Notes under the pieces: generated by a model
The model's input: the letters and a program-made list of their open reading frames with translations, nothing else
The model's database searches: none
Told to the model about the DNA's origin: nothing
Shown here: piece by piece, positions 36,215 through 50,640 of the stretch
Position numbering within the stretch: the first letter of the stretch is position 1
Layout: each line of letters opens with the position of its first letter
Source: the human T2T-CHM13v2.0 reference genome, Homo sapiens
Reading direction: 5' to 3' (one strand)
Assembly (NCBI RefSeq): GCF_009914755.1
Contig: NC_060947.1
Length of the DNA: 64,000 nt
Position numbers and translations under genes: made by a program

Positions 36215-38634
36215 AATTTATTATATGCATTTTTAACATAAATCTTAAATTTAAGTCAAAAAGTAAACATTTGCAGGATCAGCATAAACTGAATAATATA
36301 ATTATGGTTTATTAAACCCCCTCCTTATATCACTATAAATGTAAATTTCCATGATTATGTTCTCTGGAGATCATATGGAATATGTGTATTATTTTTTAAA
36401 AGTTTGCATTTAACCATGTGAATATTTTAACAACATTTTAAATATGCTTTTAATAATAAGTAGATTTTATCATTTAATAATTTTATATTGCTTAGTGTCT
36501 CTTGTCATTCATTTGTATGGTGGTGTTCTCTTTAGAGAGAAGTCCTTTGAGGTATACATACAAGATTAGCTTTGTCCTTTGAGTTGACCAAAACTTATTA
36601 GGAGTAATTTTTTATGTTTGAAATAATGTCTAGCTAAAATAAATGAGTATATTATGCCATAACATAACATATAACAGTCTCTTATCTAGTTTATACGAAT
36701 AAGTATGTATGCATAATAATTTCAGTGCTAGATATCATTATCATTAGGCATATATTTTGGGACCATGTAATTCAAAATAATAAATCTTTATTTTGACTAG
36801 GGATATGGTGGCTTAAACATATTGGGATCATTCAAACTGCAAAAGATGTTATTCTTTTACAAAGCAGAAGAAACTATAGCCATCAGAATAACTTCTTACA
36901 AAATGTACTCTGGGCCTGTGAATTCAGCCATAAACGCTCTCCTTTTATATACTCTCATTTGAAGGTGAATGTCCCAGATTATCTATTTTGCCACAGTGGG
37001 GCTGTTGAATATTCATAAATAAAGAGCTACCCCAAAACTTGTCTAAGTCTAATTACAAGCTAAGCTATAGAGGAACATTTACACAGAGAATCATTTGAAC
37101 TACTGGCAAAGCCACAACTAGATGTATGCCTTGGAATTTGCATGTAAGAATATACTTTTGCTTATTTTGAGAGTGCTTTAAACTGGGGCAAATTCAAGTG
37201 AATTTATGGAGATAATGGGTTATTGCAGAAATTCTGGGATATATGGTGGCTTCAAATATGATGCTTTCTTAGCTCACCTCTCTTGACATTTCAGCTGATA
37301 GCCCAAGTCACACATTTTAAATAATCAAATGGAATTTTTTTAATTTCCCAAAACATTTTTAAGATAATTTTAAGAATTTGTATCATTTGCCACTTTTCTT
37401 TGTGTGAGGGTGTAAGTTATCCTAGAACAATTGGATCTATTTTCGAACTTATGCAACGTCTTTCAGTTTAATTCAATATTGATTCAACATTGATTGGGTG
37501 CATATTGTATGTTCAGGCAAGAAAGTATAATTATGTATTTCTAGTAGTTCCTGTGTCTCTTCCCTAACTACCATTTTTAGACTATATGCTCTTTGAAGGA
37601 AATGACTAGATACATTATTTACTAGGTAACCTGACCTCTCCATCACTGCAAAATTTACTTATTGACTGAGGGAGGCTGTGCAGAAATGCATCCTTGGATG
37701 ATAACCAGAAGGTTTTCTTGGCTAACTGTGGAAGATTTCATTGATATCAGTTCACCATATGGAAAGGGAATTGAGCATCTCCTCATTCAGATTCAACTCC
37801 CATTGACTTCATGTCAGATTGTCACTGAATAAAAGCTTCAGAGTTATCCTTTTCTGATTAATTTCTGTTTTGGAAAAATAATATCATAAAACATTTTACC
37901 CACCTCACTACCTACCACTCTTTCTTTCAATTCTGAGGGGTAGGACAGATTGAGTTAATGATACTGTTGGGGCTAAAAGGAATTGGATATATAATGCTTT
38001 TCACTTTATTTCAAATGACCCTTCAAATAGTTGCTTTGGGAATGAAACTCATCCTTCTGTGAGGGTAACACAGGAAACATTTGCTTTCAGTTGCAAACAA
38101 AATCCCCCTTGGCACAAGATTTTTTAAATCTTTGGCATTAAACCTCCCGAAACCCATCTGTGTTGAAAATTAATTTTTTGCTTTGGGGCATTTTATATTT
38201 ACATATTTTATTTTTATTTTACAATATTTAATCTAGTGAGAAAATAGCTTTTTAGGCCAAGCATAGAATCCAACCCACAGGAGCACAAGGTGGGGAAAAA
38301 CTCTGCAATGTGCAACTACAACTGAGTATATTATTTATAACAGTGATCATTTTTAAAACACCAAAACGCATGGTGATTTCCTCCTATCTTTCAAGCTTTT
38401 ATCATTTATATAAAATTTATTTAACAGAGTTTGCTGAATTTTAACAAAAGTTGATAAAAATAAACTATGCCTATAATTACATATTCATAAATCTTTTTAT
38501 TTATTAGGCAAATCTAAAATCTTCTAGTTCGTCAGAAAAGCAATGTCCATGATTCTGCCTTCTTTCTGAATTAAATAAAACTGCACTGAAGTATTCTTAT
38601 TTGATCCTGTTTTCTTTGGTGATATCATCAAAAC

Positions 38635-38863
38635 CCTTGGTTCTAAACAGAAGATGCTTTTGCCACTGAGGGGACATTTATTTTGTCAATTTCTGGAGGA
38701 GGCATGTTTCGTTGTCATGACTGGGGAAGAGGAGATGCTACTGGCATCTACTGGGTAGAGGCCAAAGATTCTGCTAAAGATCTTAAAATACATAGAACTT
38801 CCTCCACAGAACAGAGAATTAAGCAGTATAAAATGTCAATAGTGTCAACATTGAGAAACCCTG
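38635..38863 (+). mobile_element. MER20
   Basis: gttgtcatgactgggg...tgctactggcatctactgggtagaggcca...aaatgtcaatagtg...ttgagaaaccctg. Confidence 0.88.
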
Positions 38864-39274
38864 GTCATAAAGAGTTTCAAGGCAGAAAATCTCAGCCACA
38901 AGGAAACTGGGTTTATGTCATACAATTATACCACATATGTTTGTATTGAATTGCTAGGTCCTTTCATAAATTGACCCCTAAACTTCTTTATTCAAAATAC
39001 TAAAAGTAATGGAAACTTTAAAAATATAAAGAAAAATTAGAAACCTTGAATTTCTTTTGAAGAAAATTTTTAAAAATGCCGCGTCTGGAATCCCACTGAA
39101 ACACGTAAAACTTGAAACCAGAAGAGCATAGGGCTATCTAAAACTCTGTTACAGGACAATATATATACACCGATTGCCTAAGGATGATTGACATCATGAG
39201 GATTATGAAGGAAAGGTTAAAAGAGATTGCTTATATTTAGTTTTTATGTGGAAGGCCACAGATGAAGCATAGGT

Positions 39275-39465
39275 CAGTTTGGATATCCTTTAAATTCTGG
39301 CTAAGTCACTAGCAGTGTGGCTGTAGGAAATTTATTTAGCCTTTCTAAGCCTCAGATTCCTGGTCTTTAAATTGGGATACTAATAATTACCCAAGGGGGT
39401 CATTGAGAGAATTAAATAAAATAAATATAGAAGCAGCAAAATGTAGTTGCAGACATTTTAATATT
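39275..39465 (+). mobile_element. MIR
   Basis: tctaagcctcagattcctggtctttaaattgggatactaata core. Confidence 0.7.
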
Positions 39466-40908
39466 ATTTACTTTACTGTAATCTATTTTAATATATTTGG
39501 TAATCCCTATGTAGATAACATATTAATTAGTATATTAACTAGAGTGTATGATTAATAAATGCCTATCATCCCAAATTGTGCCACTAAAAGCCATTTCTCT
39601 TAATAGAGAGATTGAGGCATTTGTAGATCTACTATAGGTAGCATTTTGGACTGGATAGAAGAGTTCAGTGTGGACATTTTGATGATTTAATTTTCTTAGC
39701 TATCAAACGAACTCAGAATTAATGACTAATCTGAAAGCAAACGTGTCAACAGTATATCTTCTTTCTTGATATCTTACTGTGTTCTTAGGGAACTAAAATG
39801 GAACCCTTATGCTTTCTGCAATAATAAGAACTGGATTTATTCCCTGCATATACAACATAAATGAAGACTGCTTCTTACTGTAATGCATACTTAAGAACTT
39901 TTGTTACCCAATGTACAGCATAATGATATAAATAGCTTCTTTAGGTAAATTTATATATTATATTATATATCCCTGACAGAATTATCAAGAGAAGTAAACA
40001 GTCTATAAAATATAATTCAACTTGTTGAGATTAATGTAATTAGAGGGCAACTATGATATTTTTTTCCAAAATCTCCACTCCTACAAATATTTTGGCTACA
40101 TAAAGGCAATTAATGAGCAATAAGTTTTTCTTGTTGATAATTCTGGTAACTAAATATTCTTAGTAAAAGTTCCAATATGTGCCCCAATTCACATAAACAC
40201 CATATTTTAGAGGGTTGCCTGACAGCAGAGCTCCAGTGAATTATACATTTAAAAAAAAATCGACAACTTCAGATATTCACAATTTTCATCATCAACACAC
40301 TTTCATACTTGTGAGACTAACACCTGATTTAATTGTTCAAGGACTTATTTGACAGATGAAATGCTATCAGCATTCCTTCCATTGCAGTCTATTGTGCTGG
40401 AAGCATATCACATTCCTTGCTTGATGAAATCATGGCCTAACCCTTTTGAACAGACACTTCTTGTATTAAACTGTGAAGGGAGTACTTACCGTTCTACTAT
40501 TTTTATCACGTTGTAAACTCATATCAAATTTTCTACTTCTATCATCTTACTTCTCTTTGATTGTCACTGCTTTGCAGTTTTTTTCCAGATAGCAAGTGAC
40601 TATACTTCAGCTTTGTTTCTCAAACATGTTGCATATGTCTTAATCCACATATGAAATGTATACCATTTATATAATGCCAACACTAACATCATATGAATTT
40701 AAAGCTGTCCAGAGGTCTAGATTCACTAACAATACAAGAATACTAAATAATTAAACACAGCACATGATTTCTCCATGTACCAAACATTTCAAAAGATGCC
40801 CACAGATTTCAGTAATAAACAAATGAAATACTGCAACTAAACCATGCTTGACCTATAATGGAAGTTAGCATTTTAGCATTTTAATAAATAAATATTATAG
40901 AGAGAGCC

Positions 40909-41125
40909 TTTTTTTTTTTTTTGGAGACAGCCTCTTTCTCTGTCATCCAGGCTGGAGTACATTATGGCTAACTTCAGCCTCGAGTTCCTGGGCTCAAGCA
41001 ACCCTCCCACCTCAGCCTCTTGAGTAGCTGGAACCACAGGCACATGCCACCAAGCCCAGCTAATGTTTTAATTTTTTGTATAGAGAGGGTCTCATTATGT
41101 TGCCCAAGTTGGTCTCGAACTCCTG
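40909..41125 (-). mobile_element. 5'-truncated AluJ
   Basis: Poly-T, ggagacag...ctgggctcaagcaaccctcccacctcagcc. Similarity ends at ctcgaactcctg. Confidence 0.92.
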
Positions 41126-42379
41126 TAGCGGGACATATTTGGATCATTATGATTTTGTAAAACATATTCTATTTTAATTGCAGATAAATCATAGTAAATG
41201 AAATAAAATAACTTGCTGGTTTGGAGATATTTTCCAATTAAAATGACATTACGTACTAATATTTTAGAAGTCAGCATGTTGTGGCCTTTTGAAAAGTTAC
41301 TTAAAAGAATATTCAAAATATGGTATGCAATAGTAATAACAATAGTTACATATTTTAAGTCAATAATATTCAATAACATCCTTCATTATTGATAGGGGGA
41401 GAAATTGCACTGAATGTAACCATTGCATTGAAAAAAAATGAAGTATTACAGCAACAGTGAGCTAAACTACATAATCAGATTAGCTTGTAAGTGCTGATTG
41501 CCATAGAATGCTTTCAAAAACATTGAATATAGATGTATTTGTTAAACTAAAAATGTGGAATTGACAAAATTAAACCTCTTCGATCTTTGAAGTTTCCAAA
41601 ACCTCTCAAGCTTCTTGAGCAAGATGTACATATATAAAGAAAAAAAATCCTGAGAAACGTGATAGCCTTTATTCAAAAATTCTTTAAAAAATATTATATT
41701 GCGATTTTTGTGTGTTAGTAAAGTTTGATTTTAAAAAACGTACTTTAATTTTTTTTTTAAATTTGAAAAGTGGATACTATTGGTTCTGGATATAGCACAT
41801 ATTTAACAAAGGGATTGTACTATTTAAATAGAAAGAGGTCTTTGTATTTTCTTGTTTTCTTGTTCTCCATTTAGCCTAGGAACCAGGAAGCATAATTATC
41901 TCTCTCACAGCTACAATTTCTGATGGGACTATTTCACCTATATAGTTCCATGTATGTTAACAAGAGCTATTTATTGCTGAGGTTATAGATGTGCATAAGG
42001 AGTACAGAATGACCTATGCAGTCTATTTCTTCTGCTAAATGCCTATGATACTGTATCTGCCATAAGTAGAATGGAAAAAGCATACAGCTATGTTTGGGTT
42101 AAAGCAGACTTATAAGTATGTACCATGGATTTAATTTACTTTGAACTTCCTATTTGCAAAGACATAAAAAAGTGCCTCTTAGTGGCAGAGATAGCACTTA
42201 GAATAACATGCATTTGTTGCTTTACCCAGATTAAGTGATAAACAAATCCTACCACAATGCCTAGTCATGGTACATAGAGAATAGTAGGAAAGATATAGAC
42301 ATAAAGCAAAGAATTACTTAAAATTGGAAAAATTTCAATGTTGAATTAAATTATGAATAAGTACATTTCTAACTTCTCC

Positions 42380-42490
42380 AGCAGACTATGAAAATTTTTG
42401 AGAGCTAGAGTTGTGTAATATTCATTTTTTATCTCTCACTCTGCCAAAAATAAAACTTTGTACATAGAAGCTGTTCAATAAATGTTTATT
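42380..42490 (+). mobile_element. L2 3' end
   Basis: agactatgaaa...gagagctag...catagaagctgttcaataaatgtttatt. Confidence 0.6.
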
Positions 42491-43190
42491 ATATGTTCAG
42501 ATGGTGTGCCTAAGTAATTTATTTCGTTTCAAGTTTACATATTTAATTTACCTCACACCATTTAGAGATGAAAATCAACAAAAATAATAATCTTACTACT
42601 AATGGTCACCCCTTATATTTATTACCAGTGTTCCCTAGCTTAAAGTAAAAATATAGCTGTCAGTGGACTGCAAGGCAAGGGTGAGTGAAAGGAAATTCTC
42701 ATCATTTCACACTCTCTGGGGTAAGAGCAGTATTATTAGTCAACATGTATGTATACGTATAGCCATGGCTTACTCTTGAAGTTGGCACAGTCAGCAGTTG
42801 CCATGGTGAATGTGTGTACTGTGCCTTCAGAAAGTCCTAAACACACCATAATACTCTTTCCCTGGTCTGGCTCCAGTATTTAAGATTTTCACAGTGATTT
42901 TTCATCTCATTAGGTAACCAAAGGTTTCTGTTAACAGCATCTTAGTTTTGTGATGTGAAGTTACTGCATTAAGCAGTAGTGGTGAAGAGATCAGCTAAAG
43001 TGTGACTAATAGTACACGTATCAGGATGTGGCATAGATTGGAGAACAAAGGATGGCGGAAGGACAGAGGCAAAAGATAGGAAGCATGTGGATGGGGAAAG
43101 AGAAACTATGAGAATGAGAAGGAGACGTATGAGCACGAAATCTGGAGCCATGAGCTGAGAAATTAGGATTCTAGCTCTCTCATGTACTAG

Positions 43191-43550
<360 letters not shown>

Positions 43551-43905
43551 TAAATGCTGTATAGAAACATTTAAACATATTTCTGTTGTGTAGCACTAAT
43601 ATTTATTGCACTTGCTACACAACAGAACTTGAAAAACTAATAATTTCATCTATTTTACAATTTGTCAAGTACATTAGTTATTCATATTATATCAACTCAA
43701 GATAATGTTGGGTATCAACATTCCCTAGTTAATTTTAATCCTAACTAGAGTAGTTTTTCAAATATGCAGAAACCAGTCAACAAGTATCTTTGAGTGTTAA
43801 TATGTACCTTATATTAGCTACTGTGAAAATAACGAGGCAAGATCCTTCCAGGTGAAAGACTTGAAGTGTTCCAGGAGGTGAGCTTGGCAGACATGGAGTA
43901 ATAAT

Positions 43906-44310
43906 TCTCATTCATTCATCCATTCATTCATTCAGAGAATGTGTATTGAGTTATACCAATATGCCAAGCGTAATTCTAGGCATTGGGATACCAGCAGATA
44001 GCTTCAAGTATAAATTTTATGGTGAAAGTCGGTAATAGATTAATAAAATAAATATATAAAGCCAAGTAGTGATAAGTATTATGAAGAAAAATAAAATAAG
44101 AAAAGAGAAATAATGACAGGGGAATGATTTTTTATAGGGTGGGTTCAAAGACTGCCTCTTTGCTAAGAAAGCATTTGAGCTGAGATCTGAAGTGAATAAA
44201 CAAGAGATGTCTTTAGGCAGGGGAAAAACCAGTGCACATATCCTAAAGCAGGGGAATGCTTGGCATGTTCAACTAACAGTAAGGAGATCACAGTGGATGG
44301 AATGAGGTAA
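43906..44310 (-). mobile_element. L2 3' region
   Basis: (TTCA)n, tattgag...tgccaag...ctaggcattggg, catttgagctgagatctgaa. Confidence 0.8.
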
Positions 44311-44316
44311 AAGCAT

Positions 44317-45544
44317 TGGACCTTTATCTTACACTAGACGCAAAATCAACTCATATTGAATTGAAGACCTAAACATAAAACCTGAAAATGTAAAGCTTCT
44401 AGAAAAGAACAGGAGAAAAGCATTTTTACATTGGTCTTTGCAATGATTTCTTGGATATGACACAAAACACGGGCAACAAAGGCAAACATTGACAAGTAGG
44501 ATCATATTAAACTAAAAAGTTTCTGCACAGCAAATGAAAGAATGAAAGAATCAACAGAGTGAAAAGGCAACATATAGAATGGGAGAAAATATTTGCAAAT
44601 TGCATATCTGATAAGGGGTTATTATACAAAATATATAAGGAACCCCTGTAGCTCAATGACAAAATAATCCAAACAATCCAATTAAAAATGGGTAAAGGAC
44701 TTGAATAGACATATTTTCAAAGAAGATGTATGAATAGAGAACAGCCATATGAAAATGTACTCAACATCACTAATCATCACATAAATAAAAATCAAAACTA
44801 CAATTATATATCACCTCATAGCTGTTAGGATGGCTGTCTTTTTTTTTTTTTAATGTTGGTGAGGATGTGGAGAAGTTGGAACCCTTATAAACTGTTGGTG
44901 AGAATGTAAAATGGTGCAGCTGCTATGGAAAGCACTATGAATGTTTTTTTTAAAAATCAAAGTAGAACTATCATATGTTCCAGAAATCCCACTTTGGGTA
45001 TATGTACAATAGAACTGAAATCAAGATCCCAAAGAACCATCTACATTCCCATGTTCATTGTAACATTATTCGGATATTTGGACTCCAATATAATGGAATA
45101 TTATTGAGCCTTAAAAAGAAGAAAATCTTGTCATTGAAACAACATAGATGAACCTGGAGGACATTATGCTAAGAGAAATAAACCAGACACTGAAGGACCG
45201 ATGCTGCATAATTCCCCTTATATGTGTTGTTTTTACATGAGTATAAAATTTCAGTGATGGAAAATGAATGAATTCTAGAGATTTTCTGTACAACATGATA
45301 TCTATAGTTAATAACATCATATTGTAGTGAAAAATTTGTTAAGAAAGTAGCTCACAAGTTAAGCGTTCTTACTACAAAAAGGAGGGTATTCAAAAGGAAA
45401 CTTCTGGAGGAGATAGATACATTTATTACCTTGATTGTATCAATGGTTTCATGGGTGTATGCATATGTTCAAATCCATGGAATTATATACAATAAATATG
45501 TGCAGATTTTTGTATACAAATTACACATTAATAAACCTAAAAAA
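44317..45544 (+). mobile_element. L1MB-like 3' fragment
   Basis: ORF2 C-terminal region (aaactaaaaagtttctgcacagcaaa) plus L1MB-type 3'UTR ending aataaa. Confidence 0.88.
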
Positions 45545-45719
45545 TTTTGGCTATTGTCATTAGAAAATAACATGAGGGTCAGAATTTTGTTTCTCTTGTT
45601 CGCTGCTACAACCTTCTATTCCCTAGGAATTCCTCTCCTAGGGATGTATTCTATACTTGAATATTTCTTTTTTTTTTTTTTAAGGCTCAAAGCCACCTCC
45701 CCTTTCCCTGCTCAGCTTC

Positions 45720-46660
45720 TTTTTGTATCCTGGCTTCCACTCTGAGTTTCAGACTTATTTCAACTGCCTACTCAATATTTCTGACTGGATATTTAACCAG
45801 CATCACATACTTAACATGGCAAAAACATCATTCTTGATTGCCTCTCAACCTATTCCCATTTTGGTATTTCTTGTTTCATTAAACAGTACCAAAATTTACC
45901 CAGTTTCTTGGGCCAAAGGTTGATAGTTACCCTCAATTTCTTTCTTTCTTGTATACATCATATTTATCAGGAAGTCATGTCTGCTTTAACTTTAAAAGAT
46001 ATTCCAAATCCAATTAATTGTTACTTTCACTTCTCTCATCCTAGTCTAAGCCACCATAATCTCTCTTTTTTGGACTACATAAATGCATTATAATTAGTCT
46101 TTATCCTTCCTCTCTTGTCCTCCTACATTCAGAGCAATTTTTCTATAAAGTAAAATCAGATCATACCACATATTTGCACAAATGCTCCAATGACTTCTAG
46201 TGACATTTAGAATACAATCCACTCTTGTTTTCATATCCTTTAAGTCTAAACCTCATCAGGGTCCTGAATACCACTCAAGCCTCTTAGTGACTACTCTTCC
46301 CCATCTTCACTCCTCAGCAGCACAATGGTCTTCTTGCCCTTCCTCAAACAACTAAGTTCACTTATATACAACAAATTTTGCTTTGGTGTTTTCTGTGCCT
46401 GGAATGCTATTCCCCAAGACTATTATATGGATCTTTTCATTTCTTCATTTAGGCGTCTACATCAGTTGTATAAAGGCAATATAGTAATTATCACTAGTTA
46501 AAAGTATGTACTTGTATAGGTACTTTATTATGCTCTGCCTCCCATACCAGAATGTGAGTTTCATGAATGCAAGGATATCAGTTGTTATTATCACTGCTAT
46601 ATCCTAGTGCCTACCATATTGCCTAATAAATGACCAGGAACTCAACACACATTGACTGGA
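45720..46660 (+). mobile_element. L2 (L2a-like) 3' portion
   Basis: cagacttatttcaactgcctactcaatatttc...tgcctggaatgct...agaatgtgagtttcatga...agtgcct. Confidence 0.8.
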
Positions 46661-47067
46661 CCAAAGGATATAGTTCTTAAAATGAATTTCATGAGGAATT
46701 CTGAGATTTTAAAGACCCTAAACCGATCAAAATCTATAATGGACATCTTTGTAGGGTTTTTTTTTTCCCAGTATTTTCTATCCCCTTCTTCAATTTTAAC
46801 AGCACCCAGAATTTTCCAACCATGTGGTTTTGTTGCATCAACCTCATTTCATGCCCTTGGGATAGGTCTTAATTGACATAAGTCATATATTCTATTCATA
46901 AGTTAGTGTGATTGGCTCCAGTATAAAGACATGACATGAGTCATGTTCATCAGGGCCAGTAGGTATCACTTCTGAGATGTATATTTGAGCTATATGAGCA
47001 GCAGACTCACTTTCTTGCTAATTAGAAAAGGGGATAAATGTGGGCCTTGAAGCTTCTGGCATAGAAG

Positions 47068-50000
47068 GAATTGTACATATTTGAAGTATACAATTTAATG
47101 AGCCTTCACAGATGTATACAGCCATGAACCCGCCACGAGAATTAAGATATATGTCCATAAAACATATCTATCATCCACAAATGTTTCCTTGTGCCCCTTG
47201 GTAATTCTTCCCTCATGTCCTCAGGCACCCACAGTTCTGCTGTCACTATACATAACTTTGTATTTTCTAGAATTTTATATAAATGAAATTATAACTCTGA
47301 CATTTTTACTAAGAATAATTATTTTGAGATTCATCCATGTAGATGCATGCATAAATAGCTCATTCCTTTTATTTCTGAGTAGTAGTACTTTTGTATGGAT
47401 ATACAACACTTTATCTTTTTTCTTGTTGATTGATATTTGGTTCGTTTCCAGGTTTTCACTACAAATAAAGCTACTAGTAACATTTATGCACAAGTCTTTG
47501 TATTGACATATAATCTAATTTCTCTTGGGTAAATATGTTGAAGTAGAGTACTGGATCATATGATAACCACCTCTTAGAAAACTGCCAAACTGTTTCCCAT
47601 TTCCCAAAGTTACTGTAATATTTCACATTCCTACTAGCAGTGTTTAAGAGTTCCAGTTGCTCCACACCCTTGTCAACACTTGTATGGTCAGTCTTTTCAA
47701 TTTTAGCCATTCTAATGGACTTGTAGTTTCTTTATCTTACTTTATTTTCCATTCACCTGATGATTAATGGTGGTTAGCATATTTTAATGTGCTTAAGTGT
47801 CATACAGTTACCTTCTTAAGTCAAGTGTCTGTGCAAATATTTTGCCCATTTTTTAAATTGGGCTGCTTATTTTGTTAAAGCTCTAAACGTATTTTATATA
47901 TTCTAGACCCAAATCTTTTATCAGATATATGCTCTGCAAGCATTTTCTCTCAGTCTGTGACTTGTCATTTCATTCTCTTAACATCATCTTTAAAAGAACA
48001 TAAGTTTTAAATTTTCATGAAGTCTAATGTATCTTTTTTTATGCATTCTGTCTTTAGGCTCATATCAAAGAAACATTTTTTAACCCAAGGACACAAATAT
48101 TTGTGTTTTAATCTAGAAATTATAGTGTATGGTTTTACATTTATGTCTCTAATCCAGGTTTAAATAATTATTGTATATGACATAAGGTATGAATTGAATT
48201 TTTTTGTATGTATGTGTACAATTGTTCCAGCATAATTTGTTTAAAGGACTGTCCTTTCTCCACTGCATTGCCCATTGTCAAAAATATTCATTGATATATG
48301 TCTAAATACATTTCGGGACTCTATTCTGTTCCATTTATCTATTTGTCTATCTTGATACCAATACCACAACACTCTAGCTACAGTAGACTTTATAATAAGT
48401 TTTAAAGTAGAAAGTGTGAGTTCTCCAACTTCGTCTTCTTTTTCAAAGATATTTGGGCTATTTTAAGTTGTTTCAATCCCATAAAAATGTTTAGAATCAG
48501 CTGATCAATTTGTAAACTGCTTGCTAGTTTTTGATAGTATGTTGAACTTATACATCATTTTGGGGAGAATTAACATTTTAACAACATTGAGCCTTCTGAC
48601 ACATGACCAATGTGTATCTCTCCATTCATTTAGATCTTCCTTAATTTTTCTCATCAATGTTCTGTAGGTTTTAAATTCAGATGGCCTATACACCTTTTCT
48701 TCAGAGATAACTCTTAGTATTTTAAAAAATTTTTGATGCTATTGTAAATGATATTTTTAAAGAATATAATTTCATAATGTTTGTTGCTAGTATAGAGAAA
48801 TGCAATTGCTTTCAGTATATTGATATTATATCTTACCACCTTGGTAAACTCACTTATTAGTGCTAGTAACCTTTTACACAATTTTCTACATATATGATCT
48901 ATTGACTGCAAATAAAGACAGATTTATTTCGTTATTTCCAAACTAGATGCTGTCAATTATTTTTCTTTTTTTAATTTAATTTTTATTTTAATTTCAGGGG
49001 TACATGTGCAGGTTTGTTATATAGGTAAACTTGTGTGGTAGGGGTTGTACAGATTATTTTGTTACCCAGGTATTAGGCGTAGTACTCATTAGTTATTTTT
49101 CTGATCCTCTCCCTCCTCCCACCCTCCACCCTCTGATAAGCCCCATTGTGTGTTCTTCCCCTCTATGTGTCCATGTGTTCTCATTATTTAGCTCCCACTT
49201 GTAAGTGAGAACATGCAGTATTTGGTTTTCTGTTCCTGCGTTAGTTTGCTAAGGATAATGGTCTCCAGCTACACCATGGAATACTATGCAGCCATTAAAA
49301 AGAATGAGACTGTGTCCTTTGCAGAAACACAGATGGAGCTGGAGGCCTTCAATTATTTTTCTTGCCTGATTTCCTTGACTAGAACCTACAGTGAAATTTT
49401 GAGTAGAAGTGATGAGAAAAGGCATCCATGTCTAAACCTAATATTAGGGCTACAGAAGTCCACCTTTTACCATTAACTATAATGTTAACTTACATAGGTG
49501 AGGACTTACAAAGTTGGAAGCCTCACATTTACTTTTCACTGGTGTCTTTTATCAGGATTAAGACATTTCCTTCTATTCCTAGTTTTCTGAGAATTTATAA
49601 CAGAAATGGATGTTGAATTTTGCAAATCTTTTTACTGCATCTACGGAAATGATTCTACAGCTTTTGGGGATAATTTAAAAATATGGTGTATTCTATTGGA
49701 TTTAAACCAACCTAGAATAAGCTCTATTTGGTCATAAATATATCATTCTTTTTATATATTGTTGAATTCAATTTGCTAAATCTTGTTTAAAATTTTGCAT
49801 CTATGTTCCTGAGGGATATAAGTCTATAGATTTCTTTTCTTGTATTTATCTAATTTGAATATCAAGGGAAAGTTGGCCCTATAGAATGAATTGGGAACTA
49901 TTTCCTACTTTTTATTTTCTGAGAGGGTTTACATAAAATTAGTACACTATTTCTTCTTTAAATGTTTGGTAGAATTTATTAGTAAAACCATCTGTGCCTA

Positions 50001-50640
50001 GATGGTTTCTTTGTGGGAAGGTTTTTTAACTATAAATCCAATTTTAAAAAATGGTTATAGGGCTAGTCAGGTTATCTAATTTTTCTTGACAGAGCTTTGG
50101 TAGTTTTTATCTTTTAAAGGTTTTATGTAACATAAATTTTCAAATTTTCTGGTATAAAGTTACTCTTAAATTTCCTTATCATCCTTTTAATACCTAGAAT
50201 CTTTATTAATGTTATTTTTCAGTGAGATGTCTCATTCTTGCACTCTGCACTGCCTGGCATACTTTCATTCTTGATATTGAAAGTTTAAGTCCTATCTTTT
50301 TTTCTTTTTGATCATTATGGCTGTAATTTTTCAACTTTGTTTATCTTAAAAAACAGAATTTTATTTTTTTAAATTTTTTGTCTGTCATTACTTTTTGTTC
50401 TGATGTTTATTATTTTCTTTCTACTGCTTACTTTGGTTTTAAGTTGCTTTTATTTTTCTTGTTTCTTATAGTGGAAATTGAGTTAATTGATTTGAGACTT
50501 TTCTTCTTTTCTAATATAGGCACTCTGTAGTATAAAGTTTTGCTTAAATGGTGCTTTAGTGTCATAGCATAATTTTTTACATACTAATTTTCATTGATTG
50601 ATTGTATTCATTAATTATTTTAGCTCAGTATTTAAAAAAA
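47068..50640 (-). mobile_element. Old L1M (L1MC/MD-like), 3'UTR through ORF2
   Basis: Minus-strand ORF2-like peptides (IKEDLNEWRDTHWS, LISEFTKVVRYNINILKAIAFLYT). Confidence 0.88.
48968..49348 (-). mobile_element. Short twin-primed (5'-inverted) L1PA insertion
   Basis: 3' end on the minus strand (48968-49270) joined to an inverted 78-bp piece (49271-49348). Perfect 15-bp TSD tcaattatttttctt. Confidence 0.93.

Noticed and set aside
36800-37260. atatggtggctt repeated about 440 bp apart
   Set aside because: A 12-bp match with no element structure between the copies, plausibly chance.
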